From positions 736,001 through 800,000 of the forward strand of contig OY771555.1 of the NCBI GenBank assembly GCA_963674785.1: a DNA stretch of 64,000 nucleotides, read 5' to 3'. Shown here piece by piece: positions 42,501 through 51,072 of this stretch. The stretch's first letter is position 1, and each line of letters opens with the position of its first letter. The translations under genes were made by a program, and so were the position numbers. The notes beneath the pieces are model-generated. The model was given only the letters and a program-made list of their open reading frames with translations. It had not been told where the DNA came from and did not search any database. The DNA is from Caldisericia bacterium. Its GTDB lineage: Bacteria > Caldisericota > Caldisericia > JAAYUI01.

Positions 42501-45500
42501 ATTCCAGGTTTATCATGAAGATGGTTCAACCCCATTCGACTTTGTTGAAGAGGGTGTTCCAGATTACACCGGTGCATACAGAATCACAGATGATGAGTTT
42601 ATCGCAAACAACATCTTTGTAGACCCAAGACCAGACAACACATACTACAACGGTTACGATGCTGAGCTTCCACAGTACTACTGGCTCAGATTTGACCTTC
42701 AGAACTATGACCCAACATCACAGGGTCAGGGTTGCGATAACCATCATATCTTTGCCTCTGAAATTGAAGCAATCAATTTCATCAAGTATGACTTCACCAA
42801 ATCTGCAGAAGGTAAGTACTCATTCAGAGACTTTGTCGCAAACGATGAGGGTAGCTTCCCAGTTTATATCTACTCACCAGACAGAAAACATTATGCCGTT
42901 CATGATGTTAAAGTTAGACCTCCAAAGGTAGTCTATGAGGTAAGTAACGTCGACGGTGATGGTGCCGAATTTACCGTTCCATCGATTGATGGTGATGCAG
43001 ACTTCCTTCTTACTGCTGCAAATAACAATATGTATAAAGTAAGAGTTACATGTAAAACTTGGGATGGCGAAAAACTTCTCAAGGGTACTGCGAAGGGTGT
43101 AAGTGTTTGCTCAGGATCAGATCAAGATGTCGCAAGATTCACACCAGCATTTACAACCGGTATGTCATTTAACTCATCATATGGTGATCTCTACCTATTT
43201 GGAACAAGAGGCGATATTGTTACCTATGATCAACATCCATTAGATCTTGATGTTGCCTATAGAGCAAGAGTTAGACCACGTATTGGAATTGATACAAATG
43301 GTAATGGTGTTGTTGAGCCTTCAAATAATGAGTTCTTCCAGGCCGGATCGTTTGAGTATCCATTCTTCAATATCTACAGTTACACATCAGGCTCATATAG
43401 CAGATTCTACTTCAGAGAAGTAACTGTAAGTTGGGGTGCAGGCGGCCTTCCACCAGCTTTCTACTACAACACAACTAACCGTACTGACAAAGATATGTAT
43501 GATGGAAAATTGAAGTACAGCACAGGTTACTTCTGTGATATCGTCCCAAGAGATGATTATGAATGGCAGTGGGGACCTGGTGCGATCTATAACAGTTCTC
43601 ACCATGGTGGATATATCTTTGCTGATTTCAACGATGACGGTAACCTCTCTTATGCTGACTCACTCTCACTTGATGATAGAGGACAGACAGAGCTCTATAT
43701 CACAGCAGGTGATATCCAGAGATTTATCGGACTTGTTGGTGACAACCCATGGTCTAACACCAAGTGGGGCGATGTATATGGTGGTAACACACCATACCTT
43801 TCAGGAATCACTAACTTCTCTGGTTCAGATCTTACAGTTAACTTTAAGACTGATTCTTATGCTCCAAGAACAATGAAGAGAAGATATGGATTCAGACCAA
43901 CAGGTTCTTCAAATCCAAGCGCTTTCGTTCCAGCAAGAGACGGTGCGTTTGCACTTGACTGGGAAGCATGGCCAGCAAAAGATAACGCTCTTAAGATTGC
44001 TGCACCAAAAGTAGAAGTGTTCTCAGCTGAGACACATTCGATATTTGGATATGAAATCTTCGACTCAAACAATTTCGATATTGTTTATTCAAAAGATAAT
44101 CACGTCATGATGATCTTCACTCCTGCAGATAGAAGTAATGGTGGTTACGGTGGAATCTGTAGAGATGTCCCACTTATGCCTGGCGCAAAAGTAACCATGT
44201 CTCCACTTAACAGTGGTGGAGCTGCTCCAAACTACTCCTATGGTAGAACAGTCAGATTTAATCCAAGTGATGATATCCTTGAGAATTCACCTGACCTCAG
44301 CAACAACCATGACAAAGCTACACAGTGCATCTCACTCATCAGACCAACAGGTGTTGGAAGAAGTGTACTCTATATGTACTACACCCAGCAGAATAACAGA
44401 TTCATCTACCCATATGAGTACTTCATTTGGAGTGACCTTGATGGATATGCCATCTTCCCAGGATTCGATTCAGTGCGTGGACTTCAGGTTATTGCTGACA
44501 CTGAGTCACTTCTTACCGCTCAGACAACAGGAACCATCAACGTTAAGGTTGTTGAGTATGGAACAAACCATCCAGCTGCAGGAGCCGAGCTTACAATCGA
44601 GGGCGCCGGTGTTTCTATCCCAGCTAAATATTGTAACGATAAGGGTGAATCAACTGTGATTGTTACACCAACAGAAACTGGTGTAATCACGATTAAAGCA
44701 AGCTTGACAGACCATGTTGACGGAATTGGCAAGATTGTTGTTGGTGCAGATACTCAGCCTCCAACACTCACAATTGAGAAACCAACAAACTTCGAGACAA
44801 TCAATGACAAGAAGGTTGAGATTGAAGGAGCAACAAGACCAGGTTCAACACTTACAATCAATGGAAACAAGGTTGCTGTTGACCTTAATGGTGAATTCAA
44901 ATACTCCGCAGCTCTTGAAAATGAAGGTTCAAACACACTTGTTATTAAGTCTATGACACCATCCGGTGCAACAACAATCAGATACGTCACAGTCGTAAGA
45001 GACCTTACTGCTCCACAGCTTCTCATCAATGATGACACACAGATTGTTGCTGGCGCAACAACCTATACTCTTACAGGTAAGGTTGAGCCAGGCTCAACAG
45101 TCACTGTCAATGGTGAGGAAGCAACAGTAGTCTTTGATGTTTGGACAATCAAAGTAAACCTTGTTCCAGGTGAAAACACATTCAGAGTTGAAGCAATGGA
45201 TCCTGTTGGAAACGTTGAAACAAAAGAACACACAGTAACAAACTGGAATAAGGTCGAAATCGAGTTTGTTGTCGGAAACACAACAGCATATGTTGATGGA
45301 CAGCCAAAAAGTATGACAGTTGCCCCAACAACAACCAACGTTTCATCAACACTCATGGTTGATGCAAACTTCTTGTTCTCAGTACTTGGAGATTCAGCAA
45401 GTATCTCACCAGATGGAAATTCCTTCACAATCAAACTTGGTGATTCAACCGCAACATTCACAATCGGTTCAGACATACTTAATGTTGACGGAACTCCAAA

Positions 45501-45660
45501 GAACCTTGCAGAGGCTGTAACACGTGATCCTGCAACAAACCAGGTAATCATTCCTGTTGCAAACATCCTTCAGTATCTCAATGCTGAAACAGATGGAATC
45601 CTTGATATTGACTGGAATCCAGCAGCACAGAGAATGACAATTACAAGACTCTGGAAATAA
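36553..45660 (+). CDS. Giant secreted surface protein, paralog 4 (3035 aa), the minimal scaffold without large inserts
   Basis: SD AAGGAGAG; signal peptide; all shared core motifs; C-terminal Ig-like and stalk domains ending IDWNPAAQRMTITRLWK. Confidence 0.9.
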   Translation: MRKVITTLLSLALVMGMLVSIPLLTPKDTEAKNGNQPATMVANRFHRIGFDRYGRELPDGKQVPWQKVGEIWWGREGFPMPFALRAVDNPPNSIPLPPATASYATIATPASGDINSLTGRLDDEALPSSIAQIQDFGLWSEVWLTVDVTSGEDAASGNGLTTYKHHWYVILDEHGQLWFDTDGRFNDCRYYGYADPYDVNYQLDPHDYTHDNCTDNPRALVDPIVSNNTQGPYILDPDYNPFSNSAANDLGFQFYSLSYDLANQAAPVYESRIYFWDADKTGYNTKRLWKLGYADMTDYLAERALGPAGAVCSGIVYEEGPDPDTLSALQENLYKGYEDWDVSLGLERFPVNPNGTFMDTGTVLHAENVTDAASYPDSMTSFNMQTPVAYNFGEFIYRKAGAQSYYPIPADVATAPCSFVDGGDVRLSDVVVTRNGYIQTYPEDTAVFDAGVIAVWDPGDDYDVGTSLWTFANPATSPTFTEYEYYHNQRVAGVVNPTPPVVTSSYDPGEFIYRKGNGSSERFVEAGDFRLTNVRGWQTDDFMQHDADRPYLIFDTDGLTRAGIIDGDLLLMAEVINGGCLSPYYNIAVQTDAWIGWRDNGMWMPVDIGYTAAGIRSQFDTTINHYNRVQKNAMLSSKSEGFFVPSTVFHDVKLEERQFTGWSIWLDDGVDNNIGSYNYQALANPNMPVRDTIAAASLNLSNDLEDKFFVEQTVGGESLEKWDFDYGRGSAMDDFGELVAFTDSKVTSVPTDVNAGPPYMFFDAGGEGIFGCNEHIYRDMDRSGDITVGDLRLTNVTTFRNQGTGTNSGAMIAYPAGSKVGAGDLDVGEILTAFPAVSAPEVFCFYDVAHPASGIPRNYEYDPGEDIYLQPSDGAGSYITEVDYRSVRATEVDIQGKVYPCGTPVSLSQALYVENEVNMISMGHNGLSNFMDMEVIPGDIQVKVEVDQEFMVEQTSHVKVEVTPAPDDPDDKYHVLLENVPRSSFNNIAETVRTIDMAHPEAHFEITPYRGSCDLTGFVQDRKIYVHVIKEESDLNAYSGLLMLPRDGEYYDPFWKTVYRDPEHRAYANYARYVFDPVTDPRYELYGVHYRELSNSYDCYGKWESTIQPEDLDITANRKCLTVLEQRFPNLILTLTNHDNENDVNDPAGIRFATQSIADRPHRVNYNARGAGVKFLFTANNIDFTKKYIVQVNDDDTFICWEWDDYEPLNMLSPLDVLMFRDITPDQTWGNVPYSVPTSFGTSVTPDPRYGRGTTGQAPRLPVDAEPESEAEKCSVTDVDCSGKQATCDLCGIGGGEVEDFIPTGAITLNDTYGNSYIEFIIQTFGVPAMVTDYGYLSTTDPGGQMVCAVLPRNAKTPLHIRVTAEQTIFNFNSVDGQLWPPNGPSFLNDYTGGVDYCGTISFDITPPDPYVNFAELTMVDHALQYSQANYTAGSDSDGYHTNPTSPLGVPAPQIQIPYNPIITDLTEEVICYPGGQTHPFRLDGPNSNRRSGWNAYPAINSEYYNGTSKSQFVKLGTEFFPLTDYGLFFILKNQRGEHLSFAPVSHWIQDENGNYPTRYDLQLKRVLIEGPFMRPKFMNAEDTNFLLNNHYNGTEYLPISYDYSGRIEISEENAASFIANSLSYHGGDFANCTQPYMTDSDPVRNQLVYPDDTNIPENDYLRLLDRSLDYTANHFANIGGRPGGANDVFAIDEIIPINYGNISITVELHDGTRKIYQDCCVKPPVDGIDVHGLDIKGAPSEIKVDQDNVVEIELFEYNDIQVVNECNNALVFCWQDRGIKQIGADMRFGIGDGWITNPPRNSNKQNLGWQFLPADDLNGDSKISFNDFETEILGTYDMVTNTWSAGIIDARTYQRNDGQYKFELTQDNGCIVDEIGFDFGGGDASGGRFTLPDHIISQNEELPIWITAYKYGDDNNDRSFQPYYEIPPESFFGKAGFSHEVYLAATAAITVTGEDDLVVETIPTVLTAGVTPEYVDPDEPFTFQVYHEDGSTPFDFVEEGVPDYTGAYRITDDEFIANNIFVDPRPDNTYYNGYDAELPQYYWLRFDLQNYDPTSQGQGCDNHHIFASEIEAINFIKYDFTKSAEGKYSFRDFVANDEGSFPVYIYSPDRKHYAVHDVKVRPPKVVYEVSNVDGDGAEFTVPSIDGDADFLLTAANNNMYKVRVTCKTWDGEKLLKGTAKGVSVCSGSDQDVARFTPAFTTGMSFNSSYGDLYLFGTRGDIVTYDQHPLDLDVAYRARVRPRIGIDTNGNGVVEPSNNEFFQAGSFEYPFFNIYSYTSGSYSRFYFREVTVSWGAGGLPPAFYYNTTNRTDKDMYDGKLKYSTGYFCDIVPRDDYEWQWGPGAIYNSSHHGGYIFADFNDDGNLSYADSLSLDDRGQTELYITAGDIQRFIGLVGDNPWSNTKWGDVYGGNTPYLSGITNFSGSDLTVNFKTDSYAPRTMKRRYGFRPTGSSNPSAFVPARDGAFALDWEAWPAKDNALKIAAPKVEVFSAETHSIFGYEIFDSNNFDIVYSKDNHVMMIFTPADRSNGGYGGICRDVPLMPGAKVTMSPLNSGGAAPNYSYGRTVRFNPSDDILENSPDLSNNHDKATQCISLIRPTGVGRSVLYMYYTQQNNRFIYPYEYFIWSDLDGYAIFPGFDSVRGLQVIADTESLLTAQTTGTINVKVVEYGTNHPAAGAELTIEGAGVSIPAKYCNDKGESTVIVTPTETGVITIKASLTDHVDGIGKIVVGADTQPPTLTIEKPTNFETINDKKVEIEGATRPGSTLTINGNKVAVDLNGEFKYSAALENEGSNTLVIKSMTPSGATTIRYVTVVRDLTAPQLLINDDTQIVAGATTYTLTGKVEPGSTVTVNGEEATVVFDVWTIKVNLVPGENTFRVEAMDPVGNVETKEHTVTNWNKVEIEFVVGNTTAYVDGQPKSMTVAPTTTNVSSTLMVDANFLFSVLGDSASISPDGNSFTIKLGDSTATFTIGSDILNVDGTPKNLAEAVTRDPATNQVIIPVANILQYLNAETDGILDIDWNPAAQRMTITRLWK

Positions 45661-45692
45661 TCTTCCAACCTTGTAAGAATTACTCTTGAACT

Positions 45693-45728
45693 AAAAAAGC
45701 CCCGGAGAAATCCGGGGCTTTTTCTTTT
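45693..45728 (+). terminator. Intrinsic (likely bidirectional) terminator ending the giant-protein operon
   Basis: AAAAAAGCCCCGGA-GAAA-TCCGGGGCTTTTTCTTTT. Confidence 0.9.
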
Positions 45729-45874
45729 GGATTTCACAAAACGTCCTCCGTTTGCTTTTAACTATAAATTAATCATATCCCCCTAAATATTGCAGAATTC
45801 TCATTTAAAATTTTAGAACCAGGTTGGGTTGTTTTTCGTTTCTGTTTATAGAAGAAAAAAATAAGGGGGTGTAT

Positions 45875-47581
45875 ATGAGAAGACGTTTTGTGACACTGAT
45901 GTTGGTGGTTTTGCTAGTATTATCTCTTTTCCCATCGATTTCTGTTTTTGCTGAGGAAAAAACCAAACTTGTTTTGAAAGTCGAACTTACAGAAAACTCG
46001 AGAATCCTCACATGGAATGAATATCCGGGTGCAGACTCGTACTATGCGTGTATGAGGCTGACCTACAATGTTGAGGGTGAAAAAAGCTACTTTATGCCGA
46101 TCCATGATTTTCCTCTCACTAAAACATCCATTGAAGATTTTGGAAAAATCACAGGAAGAAAAAAATTCACCTACAAAGTAAAAGCTCTTGATGCTGAGGG
46201 TAAGGTGATTGCTGAATCAAACATCGTAACAGTATATATCAAAAACCCCGACTGCCAGTACAAATACACATTTGAGATTGGAAAAAACAGCTATATCAAA
46301 AATGGTGTTGAGATTCTTTTCAAGCAAGGCAAGATTATTCTTGAAAACCACAGAATATATATGCCAATCAAGCTTCTGTTCGATGAAATGGAGTATGAAT
46401 TGACATTTGACTCCAAAGAAAAGAAATCTACTTTCAATCAAAACAATAAAAAGTTTGAATTTTGGCACTCAGGTGAAGACTTTTTTACATACAATGGTGA
46501 CACATACAAATTCGCAGAAAATGATTCTAGCGTGACTGTAAAGTTGATTGGTGGTGTTTTGTATATGCCCATGTTCCCTGTGGTCAGATTCATGGACGCA
46601 TATGATGTCAAACTCGATCCAATCAAAATGACTATAGATATGACCTTTGATTGCCCTGAGGAGTATTCACCTCTTGATGAGATGGTCACAAGGAAAGTCT
46701 CTCTGACATTAGACAAAGACATTATCATTGTTGACGGGCAGGATTATAAAGTGGGTTGTGGGCTGAGACTGTTTGGTGATTCAACCTATCTGCCTGTTGA
46801 GTTTTTGCTCAAAGGTTTTGGACTCAAGGCTGTTTGGGAAGATGAAAATAATCTTCATTTTTTCAAATGGAACTACAAAAATCCAAAAAAGAAATCAGCG
46901 AAGTTTGTCACAGTTGTTGTTGGTGACGACAAGATAGATGTTGGTGGCGAATCAAGAAAACTCCGAGCCCCATCAAAAATGGAGGATGGGATTCTATATG
47001 TTACCCTTGATTTCATGCAGATTTTTGAAGTGCAGACTGTTTGGGATAGCGCCAGCAAAACAATCAGTTTTGAGATGGATGTCCCGGCTGATGCCATAAA
47101 TGGGCTTCAGAACACTGAAACCGTAAAAAGGTCTGCTAAGTTTTTTCTGAAAGGGACGCAGCAGGGAGACGATGAGATAATGATGCTTGATGGATTGGAG
47201 TATGTTGGAAAACCACTGGTTATCTCAGGAGGATCTACCATGCTTCCAATAAAATATTTTGCCCAGGCTTTTGGTGGGGATTACGCCTGGAAACCTGAAA
47301 AAGATGAGATGGTCATAGAGATGAAAAAATCGGCTGGGAATGGTGAGTTTGTGGACATAAGAGCTGTGTTTCACACAGGGGAAAAGGAGTACGAAATTGA
47401 TGGTGAGGTTTTTGAAATGTTTGCCCCGGCAGAGATTATTGAGGGTGAGTTTTACATCCCGGCAAGACCTGTATTAGATCATTTTGAAGTAGAAGGTACT
47501 TGGAATGCCGATGAAAAATCGATGGCTTTCGAGTCAGAGGTTGAACTGGGTCGGAAGATAAAGCTTGAGAGAAATCATTAG
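45875..47581 (+). CDS. Secreted protein: FN3-like N-terminal domain plus about three copper-amine-oxidase N-terminal (stalk) domains (568 aa)
   Basis: ATG at 45875 after AAGGGGGTG; signal peptide; LTWNEYPGADSY (FN3-like); repeated IYMPIK, LYMPM, TYLPVEF, TMLPIKY, FYIPAR and WD...KTI motifs. Confidence 0.8.
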   Translation: MRRRFVTLMLVVLLVLSLFPSISVFAEEKTKLVLKVELTENSRILTWNEYPGADSYYACMRLTYNVEGEKSYFMPIHDFPLTKTSIEDFGKITGRKKFTYKVKALDAEGKVIAESNIVTVYIKNPDCQYKYTFEIGKNSYIKNGVEILFKQGKIILENHRIYMPIKLLFDEMEYELTFDSKEKKSTFNQNNKKFEFWHSGEDFFTYNGDTYKFAENDSSVTVKLIGGVLYMPMFPVVRFMDAYDVKLDPIKMTIDMTFDCPEEYSPLDEMVTRKVSLTLDKDIIIVDGQDYKVGCGLRLFGDSTYLPVEFLLKGFGLKAVWEDENNLHFFKWNYKNPKKKSAKFVTVVVGDDKIDVGGESRKLRAPSKMEDGILYVTLDFMQIFEVQTVWDSASKTISFEMDVPADAINGLQNTETVKRSAKFFLKGTQQGDDEIMMLDGLEYVGKPLVISGGSTMLPIKYFAQAFGGDYAWKPEKDEMVIEMKKSAGNGEFVDIRAVFHTGEKEYEIDGEVFEMFAPAEIIEGEFYIPARPVLDHFEVEGTWNADEKSMAFESEVELGRKIKLERNH

Positions 47582-47585
47582 CGAG

Positions 47586-49304
47586 ATGAAAAATATGAAA
47601 AGGTTTATTATTTTTGCCTTAGTTGGAATACTAGTTGTCAGTTTGTTCGGTGTAAACTCAGCATGGGCGTCAGACAAGGGTTTCCAAGTCAATTGCGAGT
47701 TTGAAAACAATGAGGTAATTCTCACCTGGGAAGCAGTCGATGGTGCCTCTTATTATCATGTTTTTAGAGGAGTTTCTGAAAACACTGTTTCAGAAACTCC
47801 ATTAACAGACTTTCCTATAACCAAAACGAATTATTATGATTCCTGGATGTATCAGGATATAAAAACAGCAGTTTATGTTGTATGTGCATATGATTCAGAA
47901 ATGGTAATGGTTGCCAAAAGCTCTCCTTTGTATTTTGAAGAAGAATATGGAAAACACGTCAATATAAATATCACATTTAAACTTGGTGAATCAAAATATA
48001 TTGTAAATGGGATAGAAAAAGAGATGGATGGGGAAGTAAAGTCGTTTGGTGGAAAGGTTTACGTTCCATATAAAGTTTTACCAAATGAATTATCATGCGC
48101 TTCAAAATGGGTGTGGACAGAAGATAAAGAGCAGGAATTAATAATAACAAATCACACTGATTATTTTCATATGATTGTTGGCAGCAACATAGCAAAAATA
48201 AATGATGATGTGATTCAAATCGATGAAAATGATACAAGGGTTTACCCAAAAGAAATCGATGATATGCTGTATATTCCATTGAGATTTACGGTCACAATTC
48301 TTGATGCAAAAGAGATCAAGTTTTTGCCAGCAAATACAGAGATAAAACTTCTGTTTGATAAACCTGCAGATGATCGTGAAGGCTACTACGAAAGAAAAGT
48401 GAGAATCCGAAATGACCTTTCTGCAGTTGAGATTGATGATGCACCAACAAATAAAAAAGCTCAAATAATATCTAAAAATGGATCGTATTATCTACCAATT
48501 GAGGATATTCTTTTGGCGTTTGGGTTTGATACATCTTGGGAGTGTGATAAAAAACTCGTTTTCTACAAATGGAAATACAAAGACCCAAATAAATCTGTTG
48601 TTCAAGCTGGTTATTATATTGATGGTGAGGATTTCTTTGTGGTAGATGGAAGACAGGTTCAGATGTCTGACAGAGCATTTGTTCGTGAAGGTAAAATGTA
48701 TGTCGCACCAAATGGTTTTTATAAGATTGGTCCGATGACAAATATCCATTGGTCGGCAAGTGACGTGAGATTGTGGCTGTGGGTACCACGACAGTCGCAT
48801 GCCCTTACAGAACCAAAAAAACCTCACACCAGAGAGGTTTCGATGTGGGCAGTCACAGAGGACAGAAATCAGGATAAAGCCGGACAGATTGCAGTTGATG
48901 ATGTTCTTTACAAATCACCTTCGGAAATCATGAAACTTGATGGGATTACATGTATCCCTATTGGAACCGTTTTGAATGCCTTTGGTGCTGTGCTTTCCTG
49001 GGGTAATGATAAGAAAGTGTTATCAGTTGAATTGGATACGTTCTATTATGATGGTGAAGAAACAACTATAAATGCAAGATTTGAGGTTGGGAACAAGACT
49101 CTCAAAATCGATGGACAAGAGTTTGAAATGATAAAAGCCCCAGAGATTGTTAATGAGGAACTCTATGTTCCGATCAGAGTCCTTTCCGAAAGGTTTTCCG
49201 TTGAGACTTCAGTGAATTTGGCAAGTGAAAGCGTTATAGACAGAATTTATTGGCAACTTAGGGTTCCAATTGATTCACCAATTAACCTCGAAAAATTCGA
49301 GTAA
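47586..49304 (+). CDS. Paralog of the preceding gene: FN3-like plus stalk domains (about 572 aa; start 47586 or 47595)
   Basis: Signal peptide; LTWEAVDGASYYHVFRG...PLTDFPITKT matches PIHDFPLTKT of the neighbour; LYIPLRF and APEIVNEELYVPIR. Confidence 0.8.
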   Translation: MKNMKRFIIFALVGILVVSLFGVNSAWASDKGFQVNCEFENNEVILTWEAVDGASYYHVFRGVSENTVSETPLTDFPITKTNYYDSWMYQDIKTAVYVVCAYDSEMVMVAKSSPLYFEEEYGKHVNINITFKLGESKYIVNGIEKEMDGEVKSFGGKVYVPYKVLPNELSCASKWVWTEDKEQELIITNHTDYFHMIVGSNIAKINDDVIQIDENDTRVYPKEIDDMLYIPLRFTVTILDAKEIKFLPANTEIKLLFDKPADDREGYYERKVRIRNDLSAVEIDDAPTNKKAQIISKNGSYYLPIEDILLAFGFDTSWECDKKLVFYKWKYKDPNKSVVQAGYYIDGEDFFVVDGRQVQMSDRAFVREGKMYVAPNGFYKIGPMTNIHWSASDVRLWLWVPRQSHALTEPKKPHTREVSMWAVTEDRNQDKAGQIAVDDVLYKSPSEIMKLDGITCIPIGTVLNAFGAVLSWGNDKKVLSVELDTFYYDGEETTINARFEVGNKTLKIDGQEFEMIKAPEIVNEELYVPIRVLSERFSVETSVNLASESVIDRIYWQLRVPIDSPINLEKFE

Positions 49305-49333
49305 ACATAATTCATTTTGAAGTTTTAAGTCAC

Positions 49334-49365
49334 GGGGCAGAATCGGGAGACACTGCCCCTTTTTT
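49334..49365 (+). terminator. Intrinsic terminator
   Basis: GGGGCAG...CTGCCCC followed by TTTTTT. Confidence 0.65.
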
Positions 49366-49425
49366 AATGGGGATTCTTTTGGGGTGGATTTTTGTTTTCG
49401 ACTCTGTTATAATGGGCGGGAGTTT

Positions 49426-51036
49426 ATGAAAAAGCTGACAATTGTGATTCTCAGTCTCGTTATTGTTGTGGTGGGTGCAGGTCTGAACCTGGTTTTTGCC
49501 ACGGACAATAATCCATCTGGAATCACGTACACATACAAAGGTGGGCAGTGGGAAAACCCCACTTCGTGGAACCCGGAGACTGGTGCAGGTGGTCCCGCTG
49601 AGGATGATAATGTTGTCATCCCAAAGGGAACAGTGGCTACAATGCCAAATTTCTGCTCTGTTGCGACGGTTTCACTTGAAGGAAATCTTGAAACAGATGG
49701 TGAGCTTCGAGTCAATTCGATGACCATTTTTGGTGATGGAAAGCTCACGGTTAAGGGCAAAATCCAGTCAACCGGAAAATTCACAAACAATGGACAGATG
49801 AATGTTTATCCAGCAGGAAAGCTCTATGTTCAGAAGTTTGAAAACACCGGTTATGTCAGTACTCGAGAAAATCTCATCATCACATCGATGGATGGGTTTA
49901 CAAACACTGGTTTTATAACATCTCAGGGGGATATTTTCTTGAGATGTCATGAGCTTGATAACTCTGGAAAAATCACAAGTGTGAAATCAGATGTCTCAAT
50001 CTTTTCAAACACTGAGATAATAAATAATGGCAGAATAAAAGCCGGAGACTCCGAAGGTACTGCAGGTGGTGGCAGTGTTTATGTCGCATGCTCCACATTC
50101 ACAGGTGGTGGTGAAGTAACAGCTGGAAACGGCAAAAACGGTAACCCGCCAAGGTCTGCTGGCAAAACATATATCGGCAAAACATTTGATAATGCCGAGT
50201 GGACGGCTGCCACTTCCGCAAAACCGACAGGGGTGGTTTCAGATCTTTCTATATGGAACATTCAGATCGCAAAAAACCCCGCAGTTGACGGTGTAGAATA
50301 CATTGCCAAAGAGAGTCTTCTTGTCATTGAAAAACCATCAAACGGAAGACCAATGCCTGGAAGAAATGGGTACTCGATAATCTGTAAAACCGGCGGAACA
50401 ACTATTAACACAACCCTCCATTGGAAGGGTGCAGAGGATATAAGAGCCACAGGAAGCACAAGCCTTGGCAGACTCGGTTCATCATATGAAAATATTTCTG
50501 CAGGTGGCAAGAAGACAATCAAAATTGTGATTCCACCAGCAAAATCCAGTGAGCGTGAACTCAAAAAAGTAAACATCAAATATACCGTCCCAGGCACAAC
50601 ATATACCGCCAGGTTGACACTCCATGTTTATTATCTTCCATGCCCGGTTATCACAGGTGTTGCTGGCATGAACTGCTGTACAATTGAAGAGGATGATGGA
50701 ACAATCCGCGACACGGAATTTCCTGTAACACCGATCATTTCTGGTGACAGGCTCATGGTTCCACTTCGCTTTGTTGTGGAATCCTGTGGTGGGGTTGTTA
50801 GTTGGGATGAGGGCGAAAGAACTGCTCGAATCGACCTTCCGGGTCGCACTGCAACATTTACCCCCAACATGGATAATTCAAATGTGAATGGTGTCACAGA
50901 GGGGCTTTATAAAAGTTCATTCATCAATAACAAGTCTGACAGAATGATGGTCTCTGGTCGCTCCCTTTGCGAGATCATGGGCGCTGATATCAGTTTTGAC
51001 GATGGGGTTTTTGAGATTACGTATCCTGGGAGTTAG
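49426..51036 (+). CDS. Secreted adhesin-like protein: beta-helix-like N-terminal repeats plus C-terminal stalk domain (536 aa)
   Basis: ATG at 49426 after GGGAG and TGTTATAAT; signal peptide; GGQWENPTSW start; FTNNG, FENTG, FTNTG, LDNSG, IINNG repeats; PIISGDRLMVPLRFVVE..GGVVSWD stalk signature. Confidence 0.75.
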   Translation: MKKLTIVILSLVIVVVGAGLNLVFATDNNPSGITYTYKGGQWENPTSWNPETGAGGPAEDDNVVIPKGTVATMPNFCSVATVSLEGNLETDGELRVNSMTIFGDGKLTVKGKIQSTGKFTNNGQMNVYPAGKLYVQKFENTGYVSTRENLIITSMDGFTNTGFITSQGDIFLRCHELDNSGKITSVKSDVSIFSNTEIINNGRIKAGDSEGTAGGGSVYVACSTFTGGGEVTAGNGKNGNPPRSAGKTYIGKTFDNAEWTAATSAKPTGVVSDLSIWNIQIAKNPAVDGVEYIAKESLLVIEKPSNGRPMPGRNGYSIICKTGGTTINTTLHWKGAEDIRATGSTSLGRLGSSYENISAGGKKTIKIVIPPAKSSERELKKVNIKYTVPGTTYTARLTLHVYYLPCPVITGVAGMNCCTIEEDDGTIRDTEFPVTPIISGDRLMVPLRFVVESCGGVVSWDEGERTARIDLPGRTATFTPNMDNSNVNGVTEGLYKSSFINNKSDRMMVSGRSLCEIMGADISFDDGVFEITYPGS

Positions 51037-51072
51037 GTAAAACGATTCTTTGTCTTTTCTGATTCTGACCCT

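Noticed and set aside
4510-45566. Many 60-170 aa alternative-frame and antisense ORFs inside the giant genes
   Set aside because: Expected by-product of strong codon bias; no SD, no recognisable motifs, fully overlapped by well-supported CDSs.
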